From Anaerovibrio sp. (GTDB lineage Bacteria > Bacillota > Clostridia > Lachnospirales > Lachnospiraceae): DNA of 43,139 nucleotides. A program made the position numbers and the translations under genes. The stretch spans positions 1 through 43,139 of the forward strand of contig CAVFRZ010000001.1 in NCBI GenBank assembly GCA_963624875.1, read 5' to 3'. The notes under the pieces were generated by a model, which saw only the letters and a program-made list of their open reading frames with translations, made no database searches and was not told the DNA's origin. Positions 18,166 to 26,491 of this stretch are shown here, one piece after another. The first letter of the stretch is position 1; every line of letters begins with the position of its first letter.

Positions 18166-19407
18166 TTATTCCTCCGGCAGGCTGGTTACAACATCCAGGA
18201 GCTCGGAGGAAACGGTGGTGCCGTCCGATACGAAGGAAATGATGGATGCACCCTTGGAAGGTGTTCCTGTCTCATCCAGCGAGAAGGTACCTGTTACACA
18301 GGTATATACCGCAGAGGTATCTGCCAGTGCATCGCGAACAGCGGAAGGATCACTGCTGCCTGCTCTTTCGATGGCATCCTTATACATGTACACGCAGTCA
18401 TAAGCCAGAGCTGCGAAGCAGATCGGTGTCTCGTTGTACTCTGCCTCATAAGCCTTAACGAAGTTCTGAACAACCTCCGAAGTATCCGAAGAATCGAAGT
18501 GGTTTGTCCAGTAAACCTTGTTGAAGGCGGTGAGATCTGCGCCGTCAACCGTGTAGTCCAGGGATCCGTCGTAGCCGTCAGCGCCCATGATGATTCCGTC
18601 ATAGCCTGCTGCACGAGCCTGTGTTACAAGGTAAGGTCCGATTACATCGTAGTAGTACGGGCAGTAAACCAGCTCAACACCAGCCTTCACCATAGAAGCA
18701 AACTGGTTTGTATAATCCTGTACATCCATGGATGCGGTGGATTCTACTGCATCTACGCTGACGCCGTACTTCTCGCATGCTGCAGAGAAGGAATCGTACA
18801 GCCCCTTGGAATACGTATCTGCTGCGCAGTATACAACGCCGACACTGGTGTATCCGGACTGCTTTGCATAGGCCGCTGCGATGGCTCCCTGGAAGGAGTC
18901 TGCGTAGCATGCGCGGAACACGTAATCATCCTCCGTCGTAATGGAGTCTGCAGTTGCAGAAGGTGTAATCATTACAACGCCTTCCTCATTTGCTGCACCG
19001 GTAATTGCGCTCGTGCAGCCGGAGGTTACAGAACCAACAACCAGTCCCACACCCTCTGATACCAGAGAGTTAAACGCATTCAGGCACTCCGTAGGGTCCG
19101 ACTGATCATCGGTAGTGATAAGCTCGATCTGCTTGCCGTCGATTCCGCCGGCCTCATTGATTTCCTTTACCGCAAGGGTTGCGCCGTTGGTTGCGGCACT
19201 GCCAAAGGAAGCATACGATCCAGTCTTAGGAGCGATGGTTCCGATTTTAATCGTATCGCCGGAGGAAGTGCTCTCCGCAGCTTCTGCTGTCTCTTCCGAT
19301 GCTTCCGAGGATGCAGAGGAAGAAGAGGATGTGGTGGTGGAGCCGCAGGCAGCCATTGACAATGCGGTAACTCCGGCCAGTAACGCGCTTAAAATTCTCT
19401 TTTTCAT
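18166..19407 (-). CDS. livK: HAAT ABC transporter substrate-binding lipoprotein
   Basis: Lipoprotein signal (MKKRIL...MAAC), Ser-rich linker, then IKIG, INEAGGIDGKQIE and YVFRACYADSFQG. AAGGAGG SD before ATG 19407. Confidence 0.88.
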   Translation of the reverse strand: MKKRILSALLAGVTALSMAACGSTTTSSSSSASSEASEETAEAAESTSSGDTIKIGTIAPKTGSYASFGSAATNGATLAVKEINEAGGIDGKQIELITTDDQSDPTECLNAFNSLVSEGVGLVVGSVTSGCTSAITGAANEEGVVMITPSATADSITTEDDYVFRACYADSFQGAIAAAYAKQSGYTSVGVVYCAADTYSKGLYDSFSAACEKYGVSVDAVESTASMDVQDYTNQFASMVKAGVELVYCPYYYDVIGPYLVTQARAAGYDGIIMGADGYDGSLDYTVDGADLTAFNKVYWTNHFDSSDTSEVVQNFVKAYEAEYNETPICFAALAYDCVYMYKDAIERAGSSDPSAVRDALADTSAVYTCVTGTFSLDETGTPSKGASIISFVSDGTTVSSELLDVVTSLPEE

Positions 19408-19454
19408 AATAGTGTCCTCCTTATGACTTGTTTCCGGTGATTTACTGCTATCGC

Positions 19455-19640
19455 CGTGTTTTCTTCCTCCGGATACAGAAAAAGCGCCCGACACCCAGTA
19501 TCTGAATGTCCGACGCCTTTGCCGTATTCGGAGGAAACACAAAGAGGTGATCGACAGGTTCCCCTGCCATCACCTCTTTGTAATGTAAACTCTATTATAT
19601 TCAGGTTCCTTTAGGCTGCAATGGTAATTGTATACAATTA
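19455..19640 (-). promoter_or_regulatory. livK promoter, structured 5' leader and palindromic operator
   Basis: TTGCAG(19621-19616)-16 bp-TATAAT(19599-19594). Perfect palindrome TAATTGTATACAATTA at 19625-19640. Two long hairpins in the leader. Confidence 0.65.
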
Positions 19641-19680
19641 TACACCGCTTATTTTACATATTTTGTATGCACGAATACAG

Positions 19681-19774
19681 GTATCCATTCGGCACCTTCC
19701 ATTTTTCAACGTGTCCCGCCGCTTGCAGACAAATTCACGATTGAAATCGGCAGGCGGCTAAGGAGCGACGCGCC
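19681..19774 (-). repeat. Partial copy (right half) of the ~155-bp repeat family
   Basis: Reverse complement ...gccgcctgccgatttcaatcgtgaatttgtctgcaagc...cacgttgaaa...ggtgccgaatggatac aligns with 22540-22622. Confidence 0.85.
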
Positions 19775-20656
19775 TTATTTCGCCACTGCAGCTGCCAGCG
19801 CCTTCAGAATTTCCTGCTCAATCTGAGCCTCATATCCGTCAACATGCGCCACTCTCTCATGCGTAACGCCGTCCACGCTTCCGATCTCGACAGTTGCCTG
19901 GATGTAGCTTTCTACCTTTTGATCCACCGGCACGCCGTCAATAATAGAATACACGGTCTTTCCGGTTGCTCTTTCCAGTGCTGCGGCAATACCGTAGGCG
20001 CCCCAGTTCGATACGCTGGCCGTCAGCAGAAGGTCCGTGCGAACCCGGCAGGGAACCAGCGACAGATCCTTCGTAATGATATCTGCAAGATTTCCCATGC
20101 CGATTTCATTGCCGCCGTCACCAACTCCGATGGTTCGAACCCGCTTTTCTCCTTCTGCGGCATCCGGTCCGACAAGCTCAAAAATACGATCCACCGGTGC
20201 CGTGTTTTCCAGAATGCTGATCCCGCGCATATTGGCGTAATCGTCTTCTATATTTTTCCCGCAGCGCTCAATGGATATCATACCGACCGGCTTATACTTA
20301 TCTACAACAGCAAGGCAGGCTGCATCGTCCGCATCCATGGGAAGGTACTCGACATCGATTCCTTCCATTTCAAAGAATCCTCTGCAGAAGGAATCCGTCA
20401 CTACAACCGGGTGATACCCCAGTGCCTGCAACGCCTTCGCTTCCACCATTGTTCCTGCGGGGCCGTCCGTTTCTGCATATCCGGCTACATAAAAGCCGGT
20501 TGCCAAAAGAACATTTCCCTTTTCCCAGGAAAGAATTTCCTCAGCAGCCCTTCCGCACAGATTCTCTTCCTGGTGCTCTCTTAAAACGTGCATTCCTCTC
20601 TGCGTATAGCGAAGAACGATTTCATCCAGGTCTTTGCTGATAAATGTCTCACTCAT
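19775..20656 (-). CDS. DUF4392 / D-glutamate cyclase-like C-terminal domain protein
   Basis: Motifs TGF...ETDGP.G, ISIERCG, YANMRG, GVGDGGNEIGMG, SVSNWGAY and VDG. Confidence 0.8.
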   Translation of the reverse strand: MSETFISKDLDEIVLRYTQRGMHVLREHQEENLCGRAAEEILSWEKGNVLLATGFYVAGYAETDGPAGTMVEAKALQALGYHPVVVTDSFCRGFFEMEGIDVEYLPMDADDAACLAVVDKYKPVGMISIERCGKNIEDDYANMRGISILENTAPVDRIFELVGPDAAEGEKRVRTIGVGDGGNEIGMGNLADIITKDLSLVPCRVRTDLLLTASVSNWGAYGIAAALERATGKTVYSIIDGVPVDQKVESYIQATVEIGSVDGVTHERVAHVDGYEAQIEQEILKALAAAVAK

Positions 20657-21423
20657 CCTGCAATTACCTCCTTAATAGGTACCACATTCACACCCTCTGC
20701 TTCCAATGTCTTTCTTATTCTCTCAGAAAACAGTACCGCCTTCGGGTTGTCTCCGTGCAGGCAGATGGAATCCGGAATAACCTCTATCTCTTTTCCGGTG
20801 ATAGCGGTTACCTTATGCTCCTTCACCATCGACACAACGCGGCGAATAGCTTCCTCTTCGTCCGTGATCACAGCTCCTTCCTTGGAACGGGCCACCAATG
20901 ATCCGTCCTCCTCATAGGCACGATCTGCAAACACCTCTCTTGCGAAGGGAAGTCCGGCCCTCTTTGCTCCCTCGATCAGCTCCGATCCGGAAAGCCCCAG
21001 AAGAATCAGGGACGGATCTACTGCTTTGATGCCCTCACAGATGGCGTCTGCCATTTCCGGATCCTTTCCTGCCATATTGTACATTGCTCCATGGGGCTTG
21101 ACGTGCTGCAGCGGAACACCCGCGGCATCACAGAAGGCCTTCAATGCGCCAATCTGATAGATGATCATTGCCTTTAGCTCCGGTGCGGAAACCTTCAGGT
21201 TCCGTCTGCCGAAGCCAACAAGATCCGGAAAGCCGGGATGTGCACCGACTGCAACCTTCGCCGCCTTGCAGGCCGCTACGGTTTTCTCCATCACAAGAGG
21301 ATCCGATGCATGAAAGCCGCAGGCCACATTGGCAGATGAAATGTGTGCCACAACATCCTGATCCATGCCGATCTTATAATTGCCGAAGCTTTCTCCCATG
21401 TCACAGTTTAAATCAATTTTCAT
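20653..21423 (-). CDS. pxpA: 5-oxoprolinase subunit A (LamB/YcsF family)
   Basis: IDLNCDMGES, SANVACGFHA, GAHPGFPDL.GFGRR, HVKPHGAMYN, EVFADRAY and CLHGD. Confidence 0.93.
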   Translation of the reverse strand: MKIDLNCDMGESFGNYKIGMDQDVVAHISSANVACGFHASDPLVMEKTVAACKAAKVAVGAHPGFPDLVGFGRRNLKVSAPELKAMIIYQIGALKAFCDAAGVPLQHVKPHGAMYNMAGKDPEMADAICEGIKAVDPSLILLGLSGSELIEGAKRAGLPFAREVFADRAYEEDGSLVARSKEGAVITDEEEAIRRVVSMVKEHKVTAITGKEIEVIPDSICLHGDNPKAVLFSERIRKTLEAEGVNVVPIKEVIAG

Positions 21424-21474
21424 TATGTCCTTCTTTCTGTGAAAACCCTCGATTTAGCCAGTGCATCGATTTTT

Positions 21475-21521
21475 GTCACTGTTCATCCCCATCTCGATTT
21501 TGATACTCGAAAATGCCGATG
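21475..21521 (+). repeat. Partial copy (left end) of the repeat family
   Basis: cccatctcgattttgatactcgaaaatgcc (21488-21517) is identical to 43099-43128. Confidence 0.8.
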
Positions 21522-21564
21522 TTATTTTCTTCTCGCATTCGGGAAACCAAGGTGCAGCCGGCCA

Positions 21565-22350
21565 TCAATATTTCAAATTTATATTCTTCACATCGGTTAC
21601 AAACATATGACCCGGCGCATGTGTGATTACATATTCCGGTTTGGACTGCATAATCACGTTCTGGGGTGTTACGCCGCAGGGCCAGAATACAGGGACCTCT
21701 CCTTCACGGATGGTTACCATATCCCCGTAATCCGGATGCTCCAGATCGGTGATGCCGATTACGGACGGATCTCCGATGTGAATCGGCGCACCGTGTACCT
21801 TCGGCATTGCTCCGGTGATCAGTACAGCCTTCGGCACCAGTGCGTAAGGAATCGGCCGCATGGATACAACCATGTTTCCGTGGAAGATTCCCGCGGACTG
21901 GCAGGGGATATTGGTATTGTACATCGGCACATTGCAGCCTTCCTCGATCTGCCGCACCGGTACGTCCGCCTCCAGCAGATCTCCCTCGAAGGAAAAGCTG
22001 CATCCGATCAGGAAGCTGACCAGATCATCTCTCCAGAATGGTCTTGCGTCTGTCACCTCATGAGTCATTACGCCGTGCTCATAAACACGGTACTTGGGAA
22101 TATCCGTTGCAATGTCCGTGCCCGCTGCGATGCTGTGGAGCTCTCTGCTGCCGACATCACTCACCTCCAGAAGGGGGCAGGCTCTTGGATTTCTCTGCGC
22201 GAACAGCAGAAAGTCATACGCTATTTCCTTTGGCAGCGAAACCAGATTCGCCTGTGCATATCCGCGGCACATTCCTGATGTTTCTGTAGTAATAGCTTCC
22301 TCCCGGATCAGCTTTCTAAGCTCCGACGGCATAATCGATGTGTAATCCAT
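21565..22350 (-). CDS. DUF1445 putative hydro-lyase (YcsI / D-glutamate cyclase N-terminal-like)
   Basis: Motifs GYAQANL, FAQRNPRACPLL, TDIPKY, GCSFSFE, MVVSMRP, FWPCGVTPQ and THAPGHM. Start ATG 22350 follows a GGAGGG SD. Confidence 0.85.
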   Translation of the reverse strand: MDYTSIMPSELRKLIREEAITTETSGMCRGYAQANLVSLPKEIAYDFLLFAQRNPRACPLLEVSDVGSRELHSIAAGTDIATDIPKYRVYEHGVMTHEVTDARPFWRDDLVSFLIGCSFSFEGDLLEADVPVRQIEEGCNVPMYNTNIPCQSAGIFHGNMVVSMRPIPYALVPKAVLITGAMPKVHGAPIHIGDPSVIGITDLEHPDYGDMVTIREGEVPVFWPCGVTPQNVIMQSKPEYVITHAPGHMFVTDVKNINLKY

Positions 22351-22468
22351 ATTCCCTCCTGTCTCATAAACCCGTGTTACAGCAAAAGATTCTCTCAGCC
22401 ATAACCAAGAGAATCTTTTCCGCAATACATCCTCCGCACAGATGCGGCTGACTAAATCAGCATTTAAC

Positions 22469-22622
22469 GTAACTATTCAGCACCCATCTCGATTTTCCTT
22501 CAGAAAACCTCGATGTGGCTGGCCAGAGGCGCTTCGCGCCTTGGCCGCCTGCCAATTTCAATCGTGAATATGCCTGCAAGCAGTCAATTCACGTTGAAAT
22601 GTGGCAGGTGCTGAACAGATAC
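22469..22622 (+). repeat. Full-length 154-bp repeat element with inverted termini (MITE/REP-like or structured-RNA repeat)
   Basis: Termini GTAACTATTCAGCACC and GGTGCTGAACAGATAC are 14/16 inverted. Internal stem-loops; homologous copies occur elsewhere in the window. Confidence 0.85.
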
Positions 22623-22629
22623 CATTTCA

Positions 22630-23478
22630 TCAATTCGTAGCTTCCTCAAACTCAGCATACAGATGGCTGCGAATATCCTCCAGCATTTCCGGAGCTTTTC
22701 CGCCAACCGGCTGACCGTCCAGTGTGTTGCAGTGCAGGCACAGCTTGCTGGAGCTGGTTACCAGAATTTCATCTGCATTCCGAAGCGTATCCAGATCATA
22801 GGGTGTTTCACTTACCGCATAGCCCAGCTGCTTGCACATCCGAATCAGATGTGCGCGGGCGATACCGGGAAGGATCAGCTCATCGGTAGGTGCTGTAAAG
22901 AGCTTGCCGTCCTTAATGATGTGGACGTTGCTGTGTGCACACTCTGTAACACGATTGTTCATATTCTTGCGATAGAGAATGGTCTCAACACAATCTGCTT
23001 CCTTTGCCTTCTCTGCTGCAACGCAGGAGGGAATCAGATTCAATGTCTTGATATTGCAATGATAGAATCTCGTATCCGGTGCTGTGATACAGGAAATCGG
23101 TGCAATACCGTCACCGATTTCTGCCGGTGTCAGCATAACCCACAGATTGCCGGCTCCCTCCGGGAAGATATGATTGCGCAGCACCTGGCTTCCTCTGGTT
23201 ACCTGATAATAAACGAACAGATTTCCCGTGTCCATTTTCTTTACCAGGTCATTTAAGAGATCCTTCATCTCCTGCTTGGTTACCGGCATTTTGATATCCA
23301 GAAGAGCTGCACTGTTGAAGAATCGATCCACGTGCTCATCGATTGCAAAAATATGATAATTGCGGCAAGGGCCTGCATCATACACGCCATCACCAAACCA
23401 GTGCACGCGATCACTCATCGGGATCGACATGTTCTCGATCTCATCATACTTGCCGTTGTAGTAGCCTAATGTTTTCAT
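22630..23478 (-). CDS. dat: D-amino acid aminotransferase (PLP class IV)
   Basis: FGDGVYD, YYQVTRG..LRNH, CNIKTLNL, ILPGIAR and ADEILVTSS. Start ATG 23478 follows an AGGAG SD. Confidence 0.82.
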   Translation of the reverse strand: MKTLGYYNGKYDEIENMSIPMSDRVHWFGDGVYDAGPCRNYHIFAIDEHVDRFFNSAALLDIKMPVTKQEMKDLLNDLVKKMDTGNLFVYYQVTRGSQVLRNHIFPEGAGNLWVMLTPAEIGDGIAPISCITAPDTRFYHCNIKTLNLIPSCVAAEKAKEADCVETILYRKNMNNRVTECAHSNVHIIKDGKLFTAPTDELILPGIARAHLIRMCKQLGYAVSETPYDLDTLRNADEILVTSSSKLCLHCNTLDGQPVGGKAPEMLEDIRSHLYAEFEEATN

Positions 23479-23588
23479 ATTCTCTCTCCTCTGCGACAGT
23501 CTGACTTGTTGTTCTACAGAACCATTCCGTAGATATCCACATTCAACCAGCCATTTTTGCATCTGTGCGCTTTTTGCGCCCTGATATC

Positions 23589-23621
23589 AAAAAATGCCGG
23601 ATGGGGCTACCCATCCGGCAT
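23589..23621 (-). terminator. Rho-independent terminator after pxpC
   Basis: 12-bp stem atgccggatggg/cccatccggcat followed by a T-tract on the minus strand. Confidence 0.75.
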
Positions 23622-23668
23622 CCTTGCCGCTCACAATCATTTTCATTATAGTTCCGGCTTTTTCCTTG

Positions 23669-24703
23669 TCAACACCCATGCCGATAATAATAATTGTATT
23701 TCTGGAAGCGGTGCCGCCTTCCTTCCTTTCCGCCTTCTGCTCTTGAACGGAACACAAGCTCCGCGCTGCGCTCCTGCTCTTGCGGATTCTGCAGCAGGAA
23801 TTGCGCCTTCTCGACACTTATTTTTTCAAAATGAACGCTGTCACCCGGCTTCAGCTGGGCCAGCTTTGGCAGATCAAACGAGCAAACCGTTCCAAGCTTT
23901 GCATATCCCCCGATTGTCTGATGGTCAGCCATCATTACGATCGGCTTTCCGTTCTTGGGAATCTGAATGGATCCAAAGGCAATGCCATCCGACACAATAT
24001 CCACGCCATGGAGACTTTCTACACTTTCTCCCTCTAGACGCATTCCCATGCGGTCGCTTTCTCCGGATACCTTATATTCGCTCGCGTAGAAACGGCTTCT
24101 TGCCTCTTCCGAAAACCAATCTGCCTGCGGTCCCTCTACAACGCGCACAGTCGGTGCAGTATCAAATTTAACCAATCGCGGCAGCGCGCTGATCTCCTTT
24201 TTCAAGGCTGCCAGCTCTGCATCGTCAGCATAATCCGCGCCGGAATTCAGCTCATCTCCGGCCTTTAACGGACGACCGTCCAATCCTCCAAGACTGCACT
24301 TCACATCAGTTGACCGGCTTCCCATTACCGGCGGAACATCAATTCCTCCCGATACAGCAAGGTAGCCTCTGCAGCCGTTTTTGGCCATTCCCATGGTAAT
24401 GCGTTTTTTGCCTTTGACAGAAACTGCCTGATACCGTTCCACCGGGATTCCATCCACGCATGCTCCCATGTCTGCACCGGTAAAAGCAACCGTCCCTTCG
24501 CCCTCCAGGACAGCAGTAATCCCCATCAGCGTCATTTCCAGAACAGCCGCGGATCCCTTATTGCCGACCAGCGCATTTGCCAGTCTGCAGCTTTGTTTAT
24601 CCATGACTCCGCCTGTCCGAACGCCATATTCCATATATCCGACTCTTCCCTGGTCCTGCACCGTAGTCAGTATCCCCGGCATTTCTATTTGTATTCTCAG
24701 CAT
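23669..24703 (-). CDS. pxpC: 5-oxoprolinase subunit C (KipA/AHS2 family)
   Basis: TTVQDQGR, ANALVGN, GSRST, SDRMGMRL, GSIQIP and DHQTIGGYAK. Confidence 0.92.
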   Translation of the reverse strand: MLRIQIEMPGILTTVQDQGRVGYMEYGVRTGGVMDKQSCRLANALVGNKGSAAVLEMTLMGITAVLEGEGTVAFTGADMGACVDGIPVERYQAVSVKGKKRITMGMAKNGCRGYLAVSGGIDVPPVMGSRSTDVKCSLGGLDGRPLKAGDELNSGADYADDAELAALKKEISALPRLVKFDTAPTVRVVEGPQADWFSEEARSRFYASEYKVSGESDRMGMRLEGESVESLHGVDIVSDGIAFGSIQIPKNGKPIVMMADHQTIGGYAKLGTVCSFDLPKLAQLKPGDSVHFEKISVEKAQFLLQNPQEQERSAELVFRSRAEGGKEGRRHRFQKYNYYYRHGC

Positions 24704-24716
24704 ATCTCACCTCATC

Positions 24717-25442
24717 TTATTTCGTTTTCTTCTCGATTTCCGGTTCCCAGTTTCCTGCCTTGATCTTATTCTCAATGGACTGGTATTCTTCCTTTGAAAT
24801 CGGTTGGAAGCGAATATACTCTCCGGCATTGCAGAGGATCGGCTTTGCTGCCTTCGGATCATAGAATTTAACAGGCGTTGTTCCTATCAGTCTCCAACCT
24901 CCCGGTGAAGCAATCGGATAAACCCCCGTCTGCTTACCCCCGATTCCAACACTGCCCGCAGGGATAGCCACTCGAGGCGATTCCAGGCGCGGTGCTGCAA
25001 TTCTCTCATCCATTCCTCCCAGATATACAAATCCGGGCAAAAATCCAAGCATATAGATTTTATAGTCCGTACCTGCGTGAATATCGATGATTTCCTTCTG
25101 GGAAAGGCCGGTCAGTTCTTCCAGTCCCTTCAGATCTTCTCCATACTCCCCTCCATAACAGCAGGGAATAATGCGAACAATCCTGGTTCCGCCGCCGCTT
25201 GCCTTTTTCTCACTTAGGGCCTGTATTTCCTTCACCTTTTCCGAAAGCTCTGCATAGGAAATCCGATTCGGATCATAGCAAATCATTAAAGCCCGATAGG
25301 ACGGCAGCATCTCCTCTACCCCCGGGATATTGCTTTCTCCCAGCATTGCCTTCAGACGCATCACCTGATCATTCACTGCTTCCTCAATGACATTCCCAAA
25401 ATCCACCGATATTGCCATGTCACCAACTGGATATATTTTCAT
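24717..25442 (-). CDS. pxpB: 5-oxoprolinase subunit B (KipI/AHS1 family)
   Basis: PSYRAL, YGGEYGEDL, GFLPGFVYLGG, GSVGIGG and SPGGWRLIGTT. Confidence 0.92.
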   Translation of the reverse strand: MKIYPVGDMAISVDFGNVIEEAVNDQVMRLKAMLGESNIPGVEEMLPSYRALMICYDPNRISYAELSEKVKEIQALSEKKASGGGTRIVRIIPCCYGGEYGEDLKGLEELTGLSQKEIIDIHAGTDYKIYMLGFLPGFVYLGGMDERIAAPRLESPRVAIPAGSVGIGGKQTGVYPIASPGGWRLIGTTPVKFYDPKAAKPILCNAGEYIRFQPISKEEYQSIENKIKAGNWEPEIEKKTK

Positions 25443-25473
25443 GGTATCCTCCTGCTTTACGAGTGCGTATTTC

Positions 25474-26379
25474 TTACTGTTCCTGTTTGTTCATGCTTCC
25501 AAAGCAGATTTTACCCTGCATCCATATGCATCCGCGAAATCTTCTTCCAATCTCCGGCTGTCCGAAAAGATCATCCTGATGTATCAGAATATCAAGCTCC
25601 AGTCCATTACAGTCAACCCGAAGCAAGGTCATTTCTTCCATGGTCAGGCAGTTGATTCGTCTTTCTGTCTTTTTTATTTCACCAAGGATGGAATATAATT
25701 CACACTCCGCTCCATACGGCATAAGGTAAGAGTCCACTATGCTGTAAATATCATCCTGCCGTATATGCTCCATCAGCCCGGCATATTGATCCATTTCCAG
25801 TGCTGTCAGCTCACGGCTTGCATCCTCATCTCCGCGTTTAGCTCTCCGAATCTGAACCATCCGTTCTTCATTTTCTTCCTGTACCTGCTGTATCTGTTCG
25901 TCCGTTTTATATACCGGCATAAGAACGGTTCCTTCTGCAGCCAATGCTGTCAGAATAACACTGGTATTTTCCATTGGAGCAAAGCTTGTATGCCTGCACT
26001 TTAGATACTCCACCGTGTTGCGGAGCCGAAAGATCAAGGTTACTCCTACCCGCAAATCCTCGCAGATTCCTGCGTAGGAGTCATTATCAATCCGAGGCTC
26101 TACAGAAATCTCCTCTGTACTGCTTACCTGATTTGTGTTCAGAAACGGATAGTAATAATCCGGATAAAACTGATCATCCTCATCAAACTGTCCGCAGACA
26201 CAAATTCCGAAATCATCGCCAAAGTTTATCTCAAATTGTGCGAGAACGGTATTCTCATCTTCATCATCCGTTGTATATGCTCTGTATTTGCAATCCTTGA
26301 TACCGGCTTCAATCAATGCCTGGATTTCTTTTCGTTTCAGCGGCTTTGAAAAGCCTATGGCACGCATAAATCTGTTCAA
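25474..26379 (-). CDS. DUF3881 family protein
   Basis: N-terminal RAIGFS, then GVTLIF, MPYG.EC..Y and G.P..GRRF.G.IW.QG. Probable TTG start at 26379 (ATG 26367 is an alternative). Confidence 0.7.
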   Translation of the reverse strand: MNRFMRAIGFSKPLKRKEIQALIEAGIKDCKYRAYTTDDEDENTVLAQFEINFGDDFGICVCGQFDEDDQFYPDYYYPFLNTNQVSSTEEISVEPRIDNDSYAGICEDLRVGVTLIFRLRNTVEYLKCRHTSFAPMENTSVILTALAAEGTVLMPVYKTDEQIQQVQEENEERMVQIRRAKRGDEDASRELTALEMDQYAGLMEHIRQDDIYSIVDSYLMPYGAECELYSILGEIKKTERRINCLTMEEMTLLRVDCNGLELDILIHQDDLFGQPEIGRRFRGCIWMQGKICFGSMNKQEQ

Positions 26380-26396
26380 TTCACTACCCCATATAT

Positions 26397-26464
26397 AAAA
26401 AACCTCACCCAAGACTCGTCTCTTCGGTGAGGTTCATTCTATACGCTCGTACTTTCTCTGTCAA
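26397..26464 (-). promoter_or_regulatory. serS terminator overlapped by a near-consensus promoter for the DUF3881 gene
   Basis: Hairpin aacctcacc/ggtgaggtt (26401-26434) plus T-tract. TTGACA(26464-26459)-17 bp-TAGAAT(26441-26436). Confidence 0.65.
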
Positions 26465-26491
26465 AATGGATTCTATACGGTTTACTTTTGT

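Noticed and set aside
19290..19345. Ser/Thr/Glu low-complexity run in livK as a functional repeat
   Set aside because: It is an ordinary flexible linker following a lipoprotein cysteine.
19408..19542. 45-aa N-terminal extension of LivK or a leader peptide
   Set aside because: The lipoprotein signal and strong SD begin at 19407, and there is no regulatory codon run.
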